The position numbers and the translations under genes are program-made. A stretch of 64,000 bases of DNA from Candidatus Latescibacterota bacterium (GTDB taxonomy: Bacteria > Latescibacterota > UBA2968): NCBI GenBank assembly GCA_965222605.1, contig OZ244960.1, forward strand, positions 2,848,001 through 2,912,000, written 5' to 3'. This document shows, in pieces, positions 54,293 through 64,000 of this stretch. Under the pieces are notes generated by a model, which had not been told where the DNA came from, made no database searches, and worked only from the letters and a program-made list of their open reading frames with translations. Numbering within the stretch: position 1 is the stretch's first letter; every line of letters begins with the position of its first letter.

Positions 54293-54652
54293 CTAAGCTT
54301 CTGTCGTGCTGTCTGCTTCTGTCGTGCTGTCTGCTTCTGTCGTGCTGTCTGCTTCTTGTAATACTTTGAATTGCGCTTCCTGGTTTTGCAATTGATCTTC
54401 GAGCTTGCAAATGGTCGCGATGTGATCTTGAACCGCTTCAGTTTGTGCCTGAATGGCGGCTTCATGATCTTTGAGCTCCTCGTATATTTGTCCGCCAAGT
54501 TCAGTAAATGCATCGTGAATGGCGTGGCGGGTGCGCGCAATGTCAAGACGTGCGCGGCCGAGTTTGCCCAGATACTCGGCTTTTTCCGCTGCTGTGGTCG
54601 CGCCATCGCGAAGACCTTGCTTGATTTTTTCCCAAAGAGTTCCGGTGTTCAT
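54293..54652 (-). CDS. Small coiled-coil hypothetical protein
   Basis: MNTGTLWEKIKQGL...ELGGQIYE, RBS GGAG, tail of EADSTT repeats. Confidence 0.65.
   Translation of the reverse strand: MNTGTLWEKIKQGLRDGATTAAEKAEYLGKLGRARLDIARTRHAIHDAFTELGGQIYEELKDHEAAIQAQTEAVQDHIATICKLEDQLQNQEAQFKVLQEADSTTEADSTTEADSTTEA
54297..54356. repeat. 18-bp tandem repeat x3.3
   Basis: GCTTCTGTCGTGCTGTCT x3 plus GCTTCT. Confidence 0.92.
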
Positions 54653-54668
54653 TGTGTTTGCTCCAGCA

Positions 54669-55124
54669 TTACGCGTCGGTTTGATCTCTTTTTGCAGCGC
54701 GAAGTTCGGATAGCAATTGCGCTCGATTTGCGCGTGAAATTTCCCGCCCCTGAATGCTAACGCCCGGCGTTTCACGAGCAATCTGCCGCAGGCGATATAC
54801 TGGCAGTCTTTCGAGATCCGCTTCGTTCGTTTCGCCCGTTTCACCCGTTTTTTTTATCAATCCAAAAACATGGACGAGGTCCTCGTGTGGATTGGGAATC
54901 ACGTGATGTGCCACCAGAGTGCCCACCTGTTGCGCTGCGTGCACCCCTGCTTCGACCGCGGCCTGCACCGCGCCAACATCGCCTAAAACACGAATCGAAA
55001 TAATACCACCTTCTATTTTTTCAACAGCAGATAACTCAACGGCCGCTGCTTTGGTTGCTGCATCGGCCGCTTCGGTAACGCCGACAAAGCCCAGCATTTC
55101 AATGAGTCCGAGGGCAGGTTTCAT
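54669..55124 (-). CDS. Bacterial microcompartment hexamer (BMC-H) shell protein with a C-terminal helical extension
   Basis: ALGLIE.GF...AADAATKAA.V, GDVGAVQAAVEAG, HVIPNPH; tail LERLPVYRLRQIARE...ISRANRAQLL. Confidence 0.9.
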   Translation of the reverse strand: MKPALGLIEMLGFVGVTEAADAATKAAAVELSAVEKIEGGIISIRVLGDVGAVQAAVEAGVHAAQQVGTLVAHHVIPNPHEDLVHVFGLIKKTGETGETNEADLERLPVYRLRQIARETPGVSIQGREISRANRAQLLSELRAAKRDQTDA

Positions 55125-55142
55125 AGATACTTATTTCCAAAC

Positions 55143-55208
55143 AAAGAAAAACGGCTACTCAAACGCCATATGCGTATAGAACAGCCGCTGAACGAATCAA
55201 CTCAACGG
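55143..55208 (-). promoter_or_regulatory. Leader terminator with an overlapping alternative hairpin (possible attenuator)
   Basis: Minus strand CGGCTGTTC...GAGTAGCCG-TTTTTCTTT ends about 18 nt before the ATG. CCGTTGAG/TTCAGCGG stem shares CGG with it. Confidence 0.5.
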
Positions 55209-55426
55209 TATGTATTTTTGGCAGAGAAAATGAAAACAGTGCTGTAATCCAACGGAAGGTTCATTAGACTTGCCAATCCACTAATGTGTTGATTTATATG
55301 GATACCGCAGAAGTCAAAAGTAACAAATTTAAGGTCGGATGTCACGCATTTTTTTACATATGAAAGTTGTTCTAATGTTATTTATTGTAATATAGTTACA
55401 CAGCTTATAAAGTGTGTCTCCGTAAG

Positions 55427-56869
55427 TCACCAGAGAAAACGGCTGAGTCCTTCAGCCGTACCAAACCAGACATATCTGCCATCTCGAAGAACAACCTGTA
55501 CCCGCGTGTGTGCGAGACCATCGTACATCGTGTAATGTGTCCAGAGGTGGCGCGGCACATCGAGAAGAAAGGCTCCTGCGCCCGTGGCAACCCACACCCC
55601 ATTGCTATCGGCTTCAATTGAGACGCGGTCTCTCCCGCCTATTTCGGTGAGGGGATATTCGCGCCAGGTATTATCTCCCGGGCGGTATCGCACGGCTGCA
55701 GATGGGGCTTCTGTGGCAAGCCACAGATCGTCATTGTACATCGCCAACGCGCGTACCTGGCGTTTGGCAATATTATGGGCTACAGGCCGCCAGGTGCGAT
55801 CCCCTCGGGCACATTGAAAAAGACCGCTTTCGGTGCCTGCCCATATATAATTGGGACCTGCAACCATGGCATGAATAATCGCGTATTCGCTTCCCTGCAC
55901 ATAGTCGAGCGAGTCGGCTTTGATATCCAGCATTGCCAAACCGCGTTCCGATCCGATCCAGAGGATGTCGTTGTCGCGTGCCAGTGCCTGCACCTGTCCC
56001 CAGCGGCGCGTATCGCGATATGTAAACCATTGTCCAGTGCGTCTGTAATACCTCATCAGACCATTGTGAGTGCCAAACCAGACATTTTCTTCACCGGGTA
56101 ATATGGTAACAATCTGGGGATCATCCAGACCGATAATGCGATTGGCTTCAAAATATTCCCACGTATTTGTGGCAGGACGATATCGGGTAATGCCGCGCGC
56201 AGGTGCGCGATAGGTATCCGCGCCCCCAATCCACAAAACATCGCCATCGCGTGCAATAGCAGTGACATTTTCTTCCAGCGGACCATAAGTGAGGAATGAA
56301 AGCTGACCATCGAGGAGTTCGGCCTGCCCAACGCCCAGGCCCCATGTGGCGATCCAGAGGTGGCGCCACGAATCAATCAACACATCTGTAATAGCATAAT
56401 TGCGCCGAGGACCTATGACCTGGCGATCATCGAGATAATAACCAAAAGGCGGAAAAACTGGAGGAATTTGGGAAACTGACCGGGGATTGTGGAGATGTGC
56501 AGGAGGCCTGCCGCCCGGCATGACGCTTTGTACACCGGTGAGCCATCGGCCCACACCCGAGGGCGTTTCAAACCACAGGTCGCCTGTGTCGCTATCATAA
56601 GCAATCCGCTGTACCCGGTTGTCGGGCAGACCATCGCGGGTTGTCAGCGGAGTCAGCCAGGTTTTGGCAAACCGGTCATAGCGGCGAATGCCCCCGGTCG
56701 TCGCCACAAAAATAACTGTCGGACTTTCCACTATTGAAGTGACGTAGTTCATGCTGGTAAAATTTTCCCAGCGATCGCGGTCATAGGCGGATGAAGGAGC
56801 AAAAATTAAGACGGTCAGAAGTGCGATAGAAAATTGCACTGCACGTCGGTGAATAACAAGCTCAAACAT
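55427..56869 (-). CDS. Secreted beta-propeller protein (two-component regulator propeller-like)
   Basis: Repeated LW.GT..GL and DGLPDNRV blades. Start at 56869 gives a signal-like segment. Confidence 0.7.
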   Translation of the reverse strand: MFELVIHRRAVQFSIALLTVLIFAPSSAYDRDRWENFTSMNYVTSIVESPTVIFVATTGGIRRYDRFAKTWLTPLTTRDGLPDNRVQRIAYDSDTGDLWFETPSGVGRWLTGVQSVMPGGRPPAHLHNPRSVSQIPPVFPPFGYYLDDRQVIGPRRNYAITDVLIDSWRHLWIATWGLGVGQAELLDGQLSFLTYGPLEENVTAIARDGDVLWIGGADTYRAPARGITRYRPATNTWEYFEANRIIGLDDPQIVTILPGEENVWFGTHNGLMRYYRRTGQWFTYRDTRRWGQVQALARDNDILWIGSERGLAMLDIKADSLDYVQGSEYAIIHAMVAGPNYIWAGTESGLFQCARGDRTWRPVAHNIAKRQVRALAMYNDDLWLATEAPSAAVRYRPGDNTWREYPLTEIGGRDRVSIEADSNGVWVATGAGAFLLDVPRHLWTHYTMYDGLAHTRVQVVLRDGRYVWFGTAEGLSRFLW

Positions 56870-58016
56870 TACATGGGACCTCGAACATAACCCTCGCTGC
56901 CTCAAATTCGGGTATAGATGTCTTGCCATTGAGGCTGAGTTCAGACAAGATGCGCCCCGTGAGCGGCCCGAACTTGAAACCGTGCCCTGAAAAGCCCGCC
57001 CCGATGACCACATTGGGATTGTCGGGATGGATATCCAGAATAAAATCCTCAGTGGCCGTATTGGTATAAAGACAGGTTTCCCAACCGAGAAAACGCTCAA
57101 CAGGTGGAACAAATTGCTCTTTAATAAATATGCGAAGATCGTCAATCGCGTCTTCCGGCATCTGCGCGGGCACATCGTCGGGATCATCGTCAACACCGCT
57201 GACAATATGTTTGGCGAGCTTGATCCCATCGCGCCCGAATTGCGGAAGACCGTAATAACTCATATCGCCTTTTCTCAGAAGATAACCCCAGACGGGAAAT
57301 GCGCCGGGTTGAAATAGTTCCTGCGATCCCTCAAGTTGGAAATAACCAACGGTTTGGCGAGACACTGCAACGCGCGATTTGAGAACCGGAAGCAAGCGAG
57401 ACACCCAGGGACCAGCCGTGACGATCAGACGTTCCGTTTCAAAATCTCCCGCAGAGGTCTCGACGCGAATGGGATCGCGGGTGATGTCAACGCGCTCGAC
57501 AGTCGTATTTTCGCGGATTTCCCCATCCTGGTTGCGAATCAGGTCAATAAGAGATTGAACCGTCTGCGCGGCAGCGACAAGCCCGGCCGTGCGGTCATAG
57601 AGAACGCCAGCGGCATTTTTAAAGCGAAAGAGCGGAAAGCGTCTTCGGCCCTCTTCGGGAGTAAGGGGTTCAACATCGACACCGACCTCTGTCACAGCTT
57701 TGGCATAGCTCGTGTATTTCCCCCAAGGTGGACCAAAAAAACAGCCGGGCGTGGGATAGATGAGTTGCTCGTCTGCATCGCGCTCGAGCTGGGGCCACGA
57801 TTCGCCGTGTGCAATTTGCATGAGACGCACATAATGTGCATTCACATAAGCACTGCGGGTAATGCGCGATTCCCCGTGTGAACTGCCCCGGCCATGAGCG
57901 AGTCCAAATTGTTCAATCAGGCCAATATCGCATAAGCCCTGACGCAAGAGATGATAACCTGTACACAGGCCATTGATACCCGCGCCGATGATGAGTGTAT
58001 GATATGTAGAAGACAT
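56862..58016 (-). CDS. solA: Monomeric sarcosine oxidase / N-methyltryptophan oxidase family FAD oxidase
   Basis: IIGAGING, GSSHGESRITR, TAGPW, CLYTNT, GFSGHGFKF. Confidence 0.85.
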   Translation of the reverse strand: MSSTYHTLIIGAGINGLCTGYHLLRQGLCDIGLIEQFGLAHGRGSSHGESRITRSAYVNAHYVRLMQIAHGESWPQLERDADEQLIYPTPGCFFGPPWGKYTSYAKAVTEVGVDVEPLTPEEGRRRFPLFRFKNAAGVLYDRTAGLVAAAQTVQSLIDLIRNQDGEIRENTTVERVDITRDPIRVETSAGDFETERLIVTAGPWVSRLLPVLKSRVAVSRQTVGYFQLEGSQELFQPGAFPVWGYLLRKGDMSYYGLPQFGRDGIKLAKHIVSGVDDDPDDVPAQMPEDAIDDLRIFIKEQFVPPVERFLGWETCLYTNTATEDFILDIHPDNPNVVIGAGFSGHGFKFGPLTGRILSELSLNGKTSIPEFEAARVMFEVPCNV

Positions 58017-58050
58017 AGTAGTTAGCCATTAGTGGTTAGCAAAAACTTCC

Positions 58051-58124
58051 TGGATCGCGGCTCAACATCATGCCGCGATGACAAAGGCACTCGTCACGCC
58101 TGCATGCCTTAAGCAGGCGTCCAG
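58051..58124. repeat. Dispersed palindromic (REP-like) element, copy 2
   Basis: TGGATCGCGGCT...TGCCGCGATGAC...GTCACGCCTGCATGCCTTAAGCAGGCGTCCAG. Confidence 0.8.
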
Positions 58125-58326
58125 GAGGGAGGTGCTTTTAACTCTTACCGCACAAATATAGCGAAACCCGCAATGCGTTTCCAGCGTGAAATAACATCAG
58201 GTGAGCGTGACACAACTGCCATTATGACGGGGATCGGGTAGCAAAATCGGCAACTATCGGATTAAATATTGGAACAAAAATTGGTATTTTGTTGTAAATA
58301 AAGTAATTAGCTGAATTCATGCTTTC

Positions 58327-58342
58327 AGGCACGGATATTGCT
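58327..58342 (+). promoter_or_regulatory. sigma54 (-24/-12) promoter upstream of lon
   Basis: AGGCACGGATATTGCT, GG-N10-GC, 48 nt before the ATG; AT-rich region upstream. Confidence 0.68.
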
Positions 58343-58390
58343 TAAAATAATGCAAAGTTAAAATACCACCATTCCAAGGAGCATATAATC

Positions 58391-60793
58391 ATGGCAAATG
58401 ACAACCCCCTGACAAGCGTAAACGCAATCGAAGCGTATAGCATCCCATCCGAATTACCCATGCTGGTGACATCAGACGTGGTGATTTATCCCCTGATGGC
58501 TGCCCCCTTGTTATTAGAAGACGAACGCGCAGTAAAAGCCGCACAAGCGGCAATAGACGCCGGGCACAAGGTACTCGCCATTTTTGGAGAACTGGAAGAA
58601 AGCGATGCCGAGAAAGACATCCGCCGAGAGTCCCTGTATCCGGTAGGCACGGCAATCTACATGGCGCGATCGGCGGAAATGCCCGATGGCCGCATGCAAG
58701 TACTCGTACAGGGCATGGCGCGACTGGCACTCGTAGATGTGTTGCAATCGCAACCTTTTCCCGTGGCGCAAATTGAAAAAATAACATCAGATATAGAACA
58801 CAATACAGAACTGGAAGCCCTATCGCGCAATATATTCGGCCAGTTCAAAAAAGCAGTGGCACTCGCCCCCAATGTACCCAGAGAAGTCGGGGCAGCCTTA
58901 GACGCCCTCTCAGAAATATCCCACAAGGCAGACTTCATCGCCTCACAACTCAATGTGGGTTTTGAAGAGCAACAAAAAATACTAACCGAGCGCAATCTAT
59001 ATCGGCGATTGGAAGCCATCAACCAATTCTTAAATCGCGAAGTCGAAATTTTGGAACTGCGAGAAAAGATCAGTTCGGAAGCCGCGGGATCCATGGAAGA
59101 TGCACAAAAAGAATATTTTTTGCGCCAGCAACTGCGGGCAATTCAAGATGAACTGGGCGAAGGAGAGGATATCGGCGCCGAGATTGAAGAACTGCGCGAA
59201 AAGATCGAAGCCGCTGGCATGTCCAAAGAAGCAAAAACAGAAGCCGAGCGCGAGCTAAAACGCATGGCGCGCATGCCCGAAGCCTCTGCCGAATACACCG
59301 TATCGCGCACCTATCTGGACTGGCTCGTCGAACTTCCGTGGAATAAAAAAACAAGCGACCAATTGGATATTAAAAAAGCCGAGCGCATTTTAAATGCAGA
59401 CCACTATGGGCTGGAAAAACCCAAAGAGCGCATTCTGGAGTACCTGTCTGTGCGCCATTTGAAAGACGACATGCGCGGGCCTATCTTATTGCTGGTTGGA
59501 CCGCCGGGAACGGGCAAAACATCACTGGGCAAATCCGTGGCGCGGGCACTCAACCGCGAATTTGTCAGAATGTCATTGGGCGGCGTGCGCGACGAATCGG
59601 AAATTCGAGGGCATCGCCGCACCTATATCGGCGCATTGCCCGGACGCATCATTCAGGGACTGCGACGCGCCGGCACAAAAAATCCCGTATTTATGCTGGA
59701 TGAGATCGACAAACTCGGCTCAGATTTTCGCGGCGACCCTTCCGCAGCTCTGCTGGAAGTCCTGGATCCGGCGCAAAACAATACCTTTGTGGACCACTAC
59801 CTCGACGTCGCCTTTGACCTGTCTGAGGTCTTATTCCTCGCCACCGCCAATTCACTCCACACAATACCACCGGCACTGATGGACCGGATGGAAGTATTGG
59901 AAGTCTCGGGATATACCGAAGCCGAAAAAATGGAGATCGCGCGTCGGTATCTGGTCAAACGGCAGATTCCAGAACACGGTTTGACCCAAAAAAATGCGTC
60001 GTTCGACAAAGCGGCCCTGCAAGAAGTGATCCAGCACTACACCCGCGAGGCCGGGGTGCGAAATCTGGAGCGCGAAATTGCAACCGTGGCACGCAAAGTA
60101 GCGCGCAAATTTGCTCATGGTCGCAAGCGGCGCGTGCACATTCAACAAAAAAACGTGGCCGAATATCTGGGACCGCAAAAATTCCGCCACGAAGTAGCCG
60201 AAGAAGATCACGAAGTGGGGGTCGCCGCCGGGCTGGCCGTAACATCTACCGGTGGTGATGTATTGTTTGTCGAGGCAACAGTCGTCCCCGGTAAGAGCGA
60301 GTTAAATCTAACCGGGCAGGTTGGCGATATAATGAAGGAATCTGCACAGGCAGCGATGACTTATGTGCGGTCGCGCTGGCATGAACTGGGGCTAAACGCG
60401 CAGTTTAACGAAAACAAAGATGTACACGTTCACGTACCCGCAGGAGCCGTGCCCAAGGATGGCCCCTCGGCAGGCATTACCATGGCAACAGTGCTCGCAT
60501 CGGTATTTACCAATCGGCCAATCCGCAAAGACGTGGCAATGACAGGCGAAATTACACTGCGCGGCAAAGTGCTACCCATCGGCGGCGTGCGCGATAAAGT
60601 CCTGGCAGCACACCGCGCAGGCGCGAAAACAGTGATCTTACCCGAAGAGAACCGCAAAGACGCACACGAAATCCCCGACACAGCGCGCAAAGACATACGT
60701 CTGGTATTTGCTTCGCATATGGATCAAGTTCTGGAAACCGCCCTCATGAAACGCCCCCGCAAACCAATGGTCGATATGGTAAGTATGAATTGA
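58391..60793 (+). CDS. lon: ATP-dependent protease La
   Basis: [49 protein letters not shown]. Confidence 0.97.
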   Translation: MANDNPLTSVNAIEAYSIPSELPMLVTSDVVIYPLMAAPLLLEDERAVKAAQAAIDAGHKVLAIFGELEESDAEKDIRRESLYPVGTAIYMARSAEMPDGRMQVLVQGMARLALVDVLQSQPFPVAQIEKITSDIEHNTELEALSRNIFGQFKKAVALAPNVPREVGAALDALSEISHKADFIASQLNVGFEEQQKILTERNLYRRLEAINQFLNREVEILELREKISSEAAGSMEDAQKEYFLRQQLRAIQDELGEGEDIGAEIEELREKIEAAGMSKEAKTEAERELKRMARMPEASAEYTVSRTYLDWLVELPWNKKTSDQLDIKKAERILNADHYGLEKPKERILEYLSVRHLKDDMRGPILLLVGPPGTGKTSLGKSVARALNREFVRMSLGGVRDESEIRGHRRTYIGALPGRIIQGLRRAGTKNPVFMLDEIDKLGSDFRGDPSAALLEVLDPAQNNTFVDHYLDVAFDLSEVLFLATANSLHTIPPALMDRMEVLEVSGYTEAEKMEIARRYLVKRQIPEHGLTQKNASFDKAALQEVIQHYTREAGVRNLEREIATVARKVARKFAHGRKRRVHIQQKNVAEYLGPQKFRHEVAEEDHEVGVAAGLAVTSTGGDVLFVEATVVPGKSELNLTGQVGDIMKESAQAAMTYVRSRWHELGLNAQFNENKDVHVHVPAGAVPKDGPSAGITMATVLASVFTNRPIRKDVAMTGEITLRGKVLPIGGVRDKVLAAHRAGAKTVILPEENRKDAHEIPDTARKDIRLVFASHMDQVLETALMKRPRKPMVDMVSMN

Positions 60794-60797
60794 TCTC

Positions 60798-61289
60798 TCA
60801 CGTCTCAAAATACTCAACAAATTTCTCAAAAACAGGTTCCGGAACATAGCGTCTCACAACATCTTGCCAGCCATCGGGACCCACCAGCCCTTTGATAAAG
60901 CTGGAACTGATTTCGGCAATCTCTCGCGGGGGCATCAAAAAGATGGTCGCAATAGTATCGTCGAGGTCGCTATTGATATAGCGCATCCTGCGTTCAAACT
61001 CATAGTCGCTTTGCGTGCGAATACCCCGCACAATATAACCCGCTCCAATACCGCGTGCGTAATTGACCAGGAATTGATTTTCGTAACTGGAGACCGTGAC
61101 ATTATCGAACTGCGATGTGGTTTCACAAAGCAGATCGAGCCGTTCCTCAAGTGAAAACGTATAGTCTTTGTCCGGATTAATCCCAATGGCGACAACGAGT
61201 TGATCGAAAAGCCGCGCAGCCTCCTGAATAACCCACAGGTGACCGTGAGTAACGGGATCAAAGCTGGCGGCATAAACGGCTTTTTTCAT
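60798..61289 (-). CDS. coaD: Pantetheine-phosphate adenylyltransferase
   Basis: [38 protein letters not shown]. Confidence 0.92.
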   Translation of the reverse strand: MKKAVYAASFDPVTHGHLWVIQEAARLFDQLVVAIGINPDKDYTFSLEERLDLLCETTSQFDNVTVSSYENQFLVNYARGIGAGYIVRGIRTQSDYEFERRMRYINSDLDDTIATIFLMPPREIAEISSSFIKGLVGPDGWQDVVRRYVPEPVFEKFVEYFET

Positions 61290-61306
61290 AAAAATCCCCT
61301 CCATCC

Positions 61307-62761
61307 TCATTGAGATCGGACCGTGAAGCGATCTTCATTGAGTAAGTTGCCATCCACTCCAAAATGGCGGAAAATGAGAACGGGAATATTGTTTTCGCGC
61401 TCCACCACGCCTTCCAGAAAACCACCAATGACATTGAGATAGCGGTGCTCCGGCAGGCGCTTATCATTGGACCATCCGCCGGCGTGTCCATCGCTGGCAG
61501 GCCCACAGGAATATTCTCGCACACCTGTTTCTCCATCAACAGAGACGTATTGCCAGTGTCGGTCACCGCAAACAACGACCATATTTTTTTGCTCGGCGAT
61601 AAACTGGCGCAATTCATCCCCTTCATGAGTAAACCCCTCGTTGGCGTGGTTGTCATTTTTCTTTTCGCGGTCGGGACCAACCACTGGCGTAGGACTGATG
61701 AGAATGCGGAACGCGGCATCGGAAGCCCGCACAGTCTCTTTGAACCAGGCCTTTTGCTCTTTTCCCCAGATGGTCTTTTCAGGACCATCTGCCATCGGGT
61801 TGGAACTTCGAAAATCGCGGCCCTCAACCATCCAGATCTGCAAATCTTTTCCCCAACGGACCGTTCGATACGTGCGGTCGCCCATCCCAACCTGCTCCCG
61901 GAAAACAGCCAGACCCTGCTCAAACGTAAATTCGCCCATGAATAGTGTCTGTTGACCAGGCCAACAATCGTTCATCCATGTATCGTGATCGTCCTTAATA
62001 AAATAACTGGCGACCTCCCGGTGGAATGCGACATTGGTCGGCAGGCTGTACATCCGCGCCCAGTGCCAACGCGCCAGAGGCAGGGTTTTCGCTCGGCTGT
62101 CGTAATAGACGATATCGCCCGTGTGCACAAAGAAATCGGGATCGCGCTTTAATATACTCGCGTAAATGCGATAGCCCCCCTCAGGTGCGTCTTGATCGCC
62201 ATAAGCTTGACCCGTGGAAACGTGAAAAACAACACGGGCAGATCGATCTTTGGAAGGCGCCGTGCGGAAACGCCCCGAGACCGTTTGCCCATCTGTCTCT
62301 GCGCGAGACTGCATCTCAATTTGATAGCTCGTACCGGGCTTTAGATCAATCAGCTTAATTTGCCGCGTAAAATCGCGATCGGGATCCACAGGTTGCCAGG
62401 GCGTACTCTTCCAGTCGTCAGACTTTTCAATAGCATACCGCACGCGCACATCCCCCAGCGTACCGGAAACCGCGCCCTCAATCGTGTGGATATCGGCATT
62501 ATCGGAAAATAGAACAACGGGTTTCAGACTGCGTCGGCCCCTGCGCGGTTCCAACTCGCCCGTTTCGGGATTTCGATAGCGCACAGTGGGCTTGGGATGG
62601 CTTTTGTCCATCCGTTGGGAATTCTTGGTCAAACGCGCCCAGACAATAGCACTGGTCTGATCCACTTCACAAATTTTAATCCCCGTTGCCTGATAAGGAC
62701 CGCTACCATAGCTATTGGCAAACAGTGCCAATATACAAAAACCAATAAATAGCGTCTTCAT
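61307..62761 (-). CDS. phoD: Alkaline phosphatase D family metallophosphatase
   Basis: [42 protein letters not shown]. Confidence 0.82.
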   Translation of the reverse strand: MKTLFIGFCILALFANSYGSGPYQATGIKICEVDQTSAIVWARLTKNSQRMDKSHPKPTVRYRNPETGELEPRRGRRSLKPVVLFSDNADIHTIEGAVSGTLGDVRVRYAIEKSDDWKSTPWQPVDPDRDFTRQIKLIDLKPGTSYQIEMQSRAETDGQTVSGRFRTAPSKDRSARVVFHVSTGQAYGDQDAPEGGYRIYASILKRDPDFFVHTGDIVYYDSRAKTLPLARWHWARMYSLPTNVAFHREVASYFIKDDHDTWMNDCWPGQQTLFMGEFTFEQGLAVFREQVGMGDRTYRTVRWGKDLQIWMVEGRDFRSSNPMADGPEKTIWGKEQKAWFKETVRASDAAFRILISPTPVVGPDREKKNDNHANEGFTHEGDELRQFIAEQKNMVVVCGDRHWQYVSVDGETGVREYSCGPASDGHAGGWSNDKRLPEHRYLNVIGGFLEGVVERENNIPVLIFRHFGVDGNLLNEDRFTVRSQ

Positions 62762-63087
62762 GCTTTTTCTCCTGTGAATTACCTCGCTGCCTGAGACAAC
62801 GTATCCATTGCCCTTTGAACACCTGATGGTTCAATAAGCACCGTAGCATCGGATACGCGATGGCGTTTGCGGCCTACGGTAAGCGTCGGCAAAACACCTG
62901 ACCTGCGGCAATGCCCTAAACGAACGCGGATGCGCGGTTGGGCGTGGATGACTCTCATAAAATGGACTCATAATTTTTGGTGATCACTCAGGTAGCGCTT
63001 GACATAATAATCGGCACATAGAAGTAATACAAGAAGGAAATAAAGTCCCACATTGACCAGCCATATCGATTGTGGTATATTTTTTTT

Positions 63088-63333
63088 ATGAAAGTCCAGA
63101 AATTCACTCTGATTATCGCGCCCGATCCGACAGAAGAAGAAGCAGATAAACTCTACAGCATTATTGACGATGGGACACTTGCCACTATCGCCGATATTCC
63201 TCAAATTCATTTTCATCGAGAAGCGACAACAATGGATAGTGCAATTCGGTCAGCAATAGCCGATGTGACGTCTCTAGGTCTGGATGTTCTGCGTGTTGAA
63301 ATTGAGCCAGAAGCTATCGCGTCACTGGCATAA
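63088..63333 (+). CDS. Small hypothetical protein, putative antitoxin-like
   Basis: FTLII...EADKLY...DDGT...HFHREA...AIRSAIADV. ATG at 63088. Confidence 0.5.
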   Translation: MKVQKFTLIIAPDPTEEEADKLYSIIDDGTLATIADIPQIHFHREATTMDSAIRSAIADVTSLGLDVLRVEIEPEAIASLA

Positions 63334-63349
63334 AAATAGAGAGAATAGC

Positions 63350-63382
63350 AAAAGCCGATGTCTGAGAGACATCGGCTTTTTT
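63350..63382. terminator. Bidirectional intrinsic terminator
   Basis: AAAAGCCGATGTCT-GAG-AGACATCGGCTTTTTT between convergent genes. Confidence 0.85.
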
Positions 63383-63404
63383 ATTTTTGGGCATCGCGCA
63401 AATC

Positions 63405-63818
63405 TTACTGCGTCTGGTACATCACAAAATCACTATCGGGAGAGACAGCCTTCAGAAGTTGGTCGAATTTTTCGAGCGTAGGCACTGACGTGCCCTGTTC
63501 GTAACGCGCATAAGCATTGCGGGATTGGACACCGAGGCGTTGGGCAACTTCAGATAATGACAGACCGCTTTTTTCGCGCTGTCGGCGGAGCATAAGGCTA
63601 ATCATTGCGCGTGTATCCGAAGAACTGACTTCGAAAGTGCCGTGTTTTACAGGATGAACTTCGACTGAAAATTCTGGGCGATTGATCAGCGTCTCTATCA
63701 GATCTTTGACCATAACACATGCTTCTTTTTTCGTATATCCCTGAGTCATAGCGTCGAGCATTGGGATTTCCGCAAGCCAAAATTTTCCATCCTTATAAAC
63801 TTTACCTTGAAATCGCAT
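63405..63818 (-). CDS. HicB-like antitoxin with an XRE helix-turn-helix
   Basis: FWLAEIPMLDAMTQGYTKKEA (HicB) and REKSGLSLSEVAQRLG...YARYEQG..PTL (XRE). Confidence 0.82.
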   Translation of the reverse strand: MRFQGKVYKDGKFWLAEIPMLDAMTQGYTKKEACVMVKDLIETLINRPEFSVEVHPVKHGTFEVSSSDTRAMISLMLRRQREKSGLSLSEVAQRLGVQSRNAYARYEQGTSVPTLEKFDQLLKAVSPDSDFVMYQTQ

Positions 63819-63832
63819 GTTAATTTCTCTTT

Positions 63833-64000
63833 TTAAAACCTCAGAGTAAAAACAGTTTCTTCTTCCGGCCTAGATTGAACGCTGATCGTCCCGCGATGGA
63901 CGCGCATAATCTGGCGTGAAAGCGCGAGGCCAATGCCCGAGCCATCGCGTTTGGTAGTAAAAAAGGGAATGAAAATCCGTTCCTGCACATCTTCTAAAAT
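63833..64000 (-). CDS. C-terminus of a sensor histidine kinase (5' partial, not in the ORF track)
   Basis: Manual translation: ILEDVQERIFIPFFTTKRDGSGIGLALSRQIMRVHRGTISVQSRPEEETVFTLRF* (HATPase F and G2 boxes). Confidence 0.92.
   Translation of the reverse strand: MLEDVQERIFIPFFTTKRDGSGIGLALSRQIMRVHRGTISVQSRPEEETVFTLRF

Noticed and set aside
61250-61289. CoaD motif YAASFDP instead of YPGSFDP as a sign of inactivation
   Set aside because: The T-x-G-H motif and the rest of the protein are intact; one substitution is not enough evidence.

Overview
Bacterial chromosomal segment of roughly 50% GC. Gene content (Calx-beta autotransporter, DUF6785-like membrane paralogs, EF-hand/dockerin-tailed secreted protein, sigma70 without region 1.1) suggests an FCB-related, possibly host-associated lineage such as Latescibacterota or Gemmatimonadota; this is inference. 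Housekeeping genes include a complete F0F1 atp operon, rnd, msrB, nadE, a SurA/PpiD-like PPIase, an rpoD-like sigma factor, lon, coaD and phoD. Main points: (1) after the atp operon (35.2-42.7 kb) there is an array of unrelated accessory genes (epimerase, antitoxins, MNT/HEPN, HaeII-like R-M), separated by repeated terminator plus sigma70-promoter modules, including a partial copy that truncates the HEPN gene and an empty copy; (2) two split ORFs join through an in-frame TGA into a UGSC-type selenoprotein with a SECIS-like hairpin, in a redox operon with msrB behind a sigma54 promoter that closely matches one upstream of lon; (3) a 796-bp internally deleted IS200/IS605 (tnpB) element whose removal rebuilds the 5' part of a yigZ-like gene; (4) a 9.5-kb mosaic repeat autotransporter; (5) a satellite BMC-H shell gene behind a possible attenuator; (6) several orphan antitoxins and internally deleted genes. 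All family assignments come from motif recognition; no searches were run.
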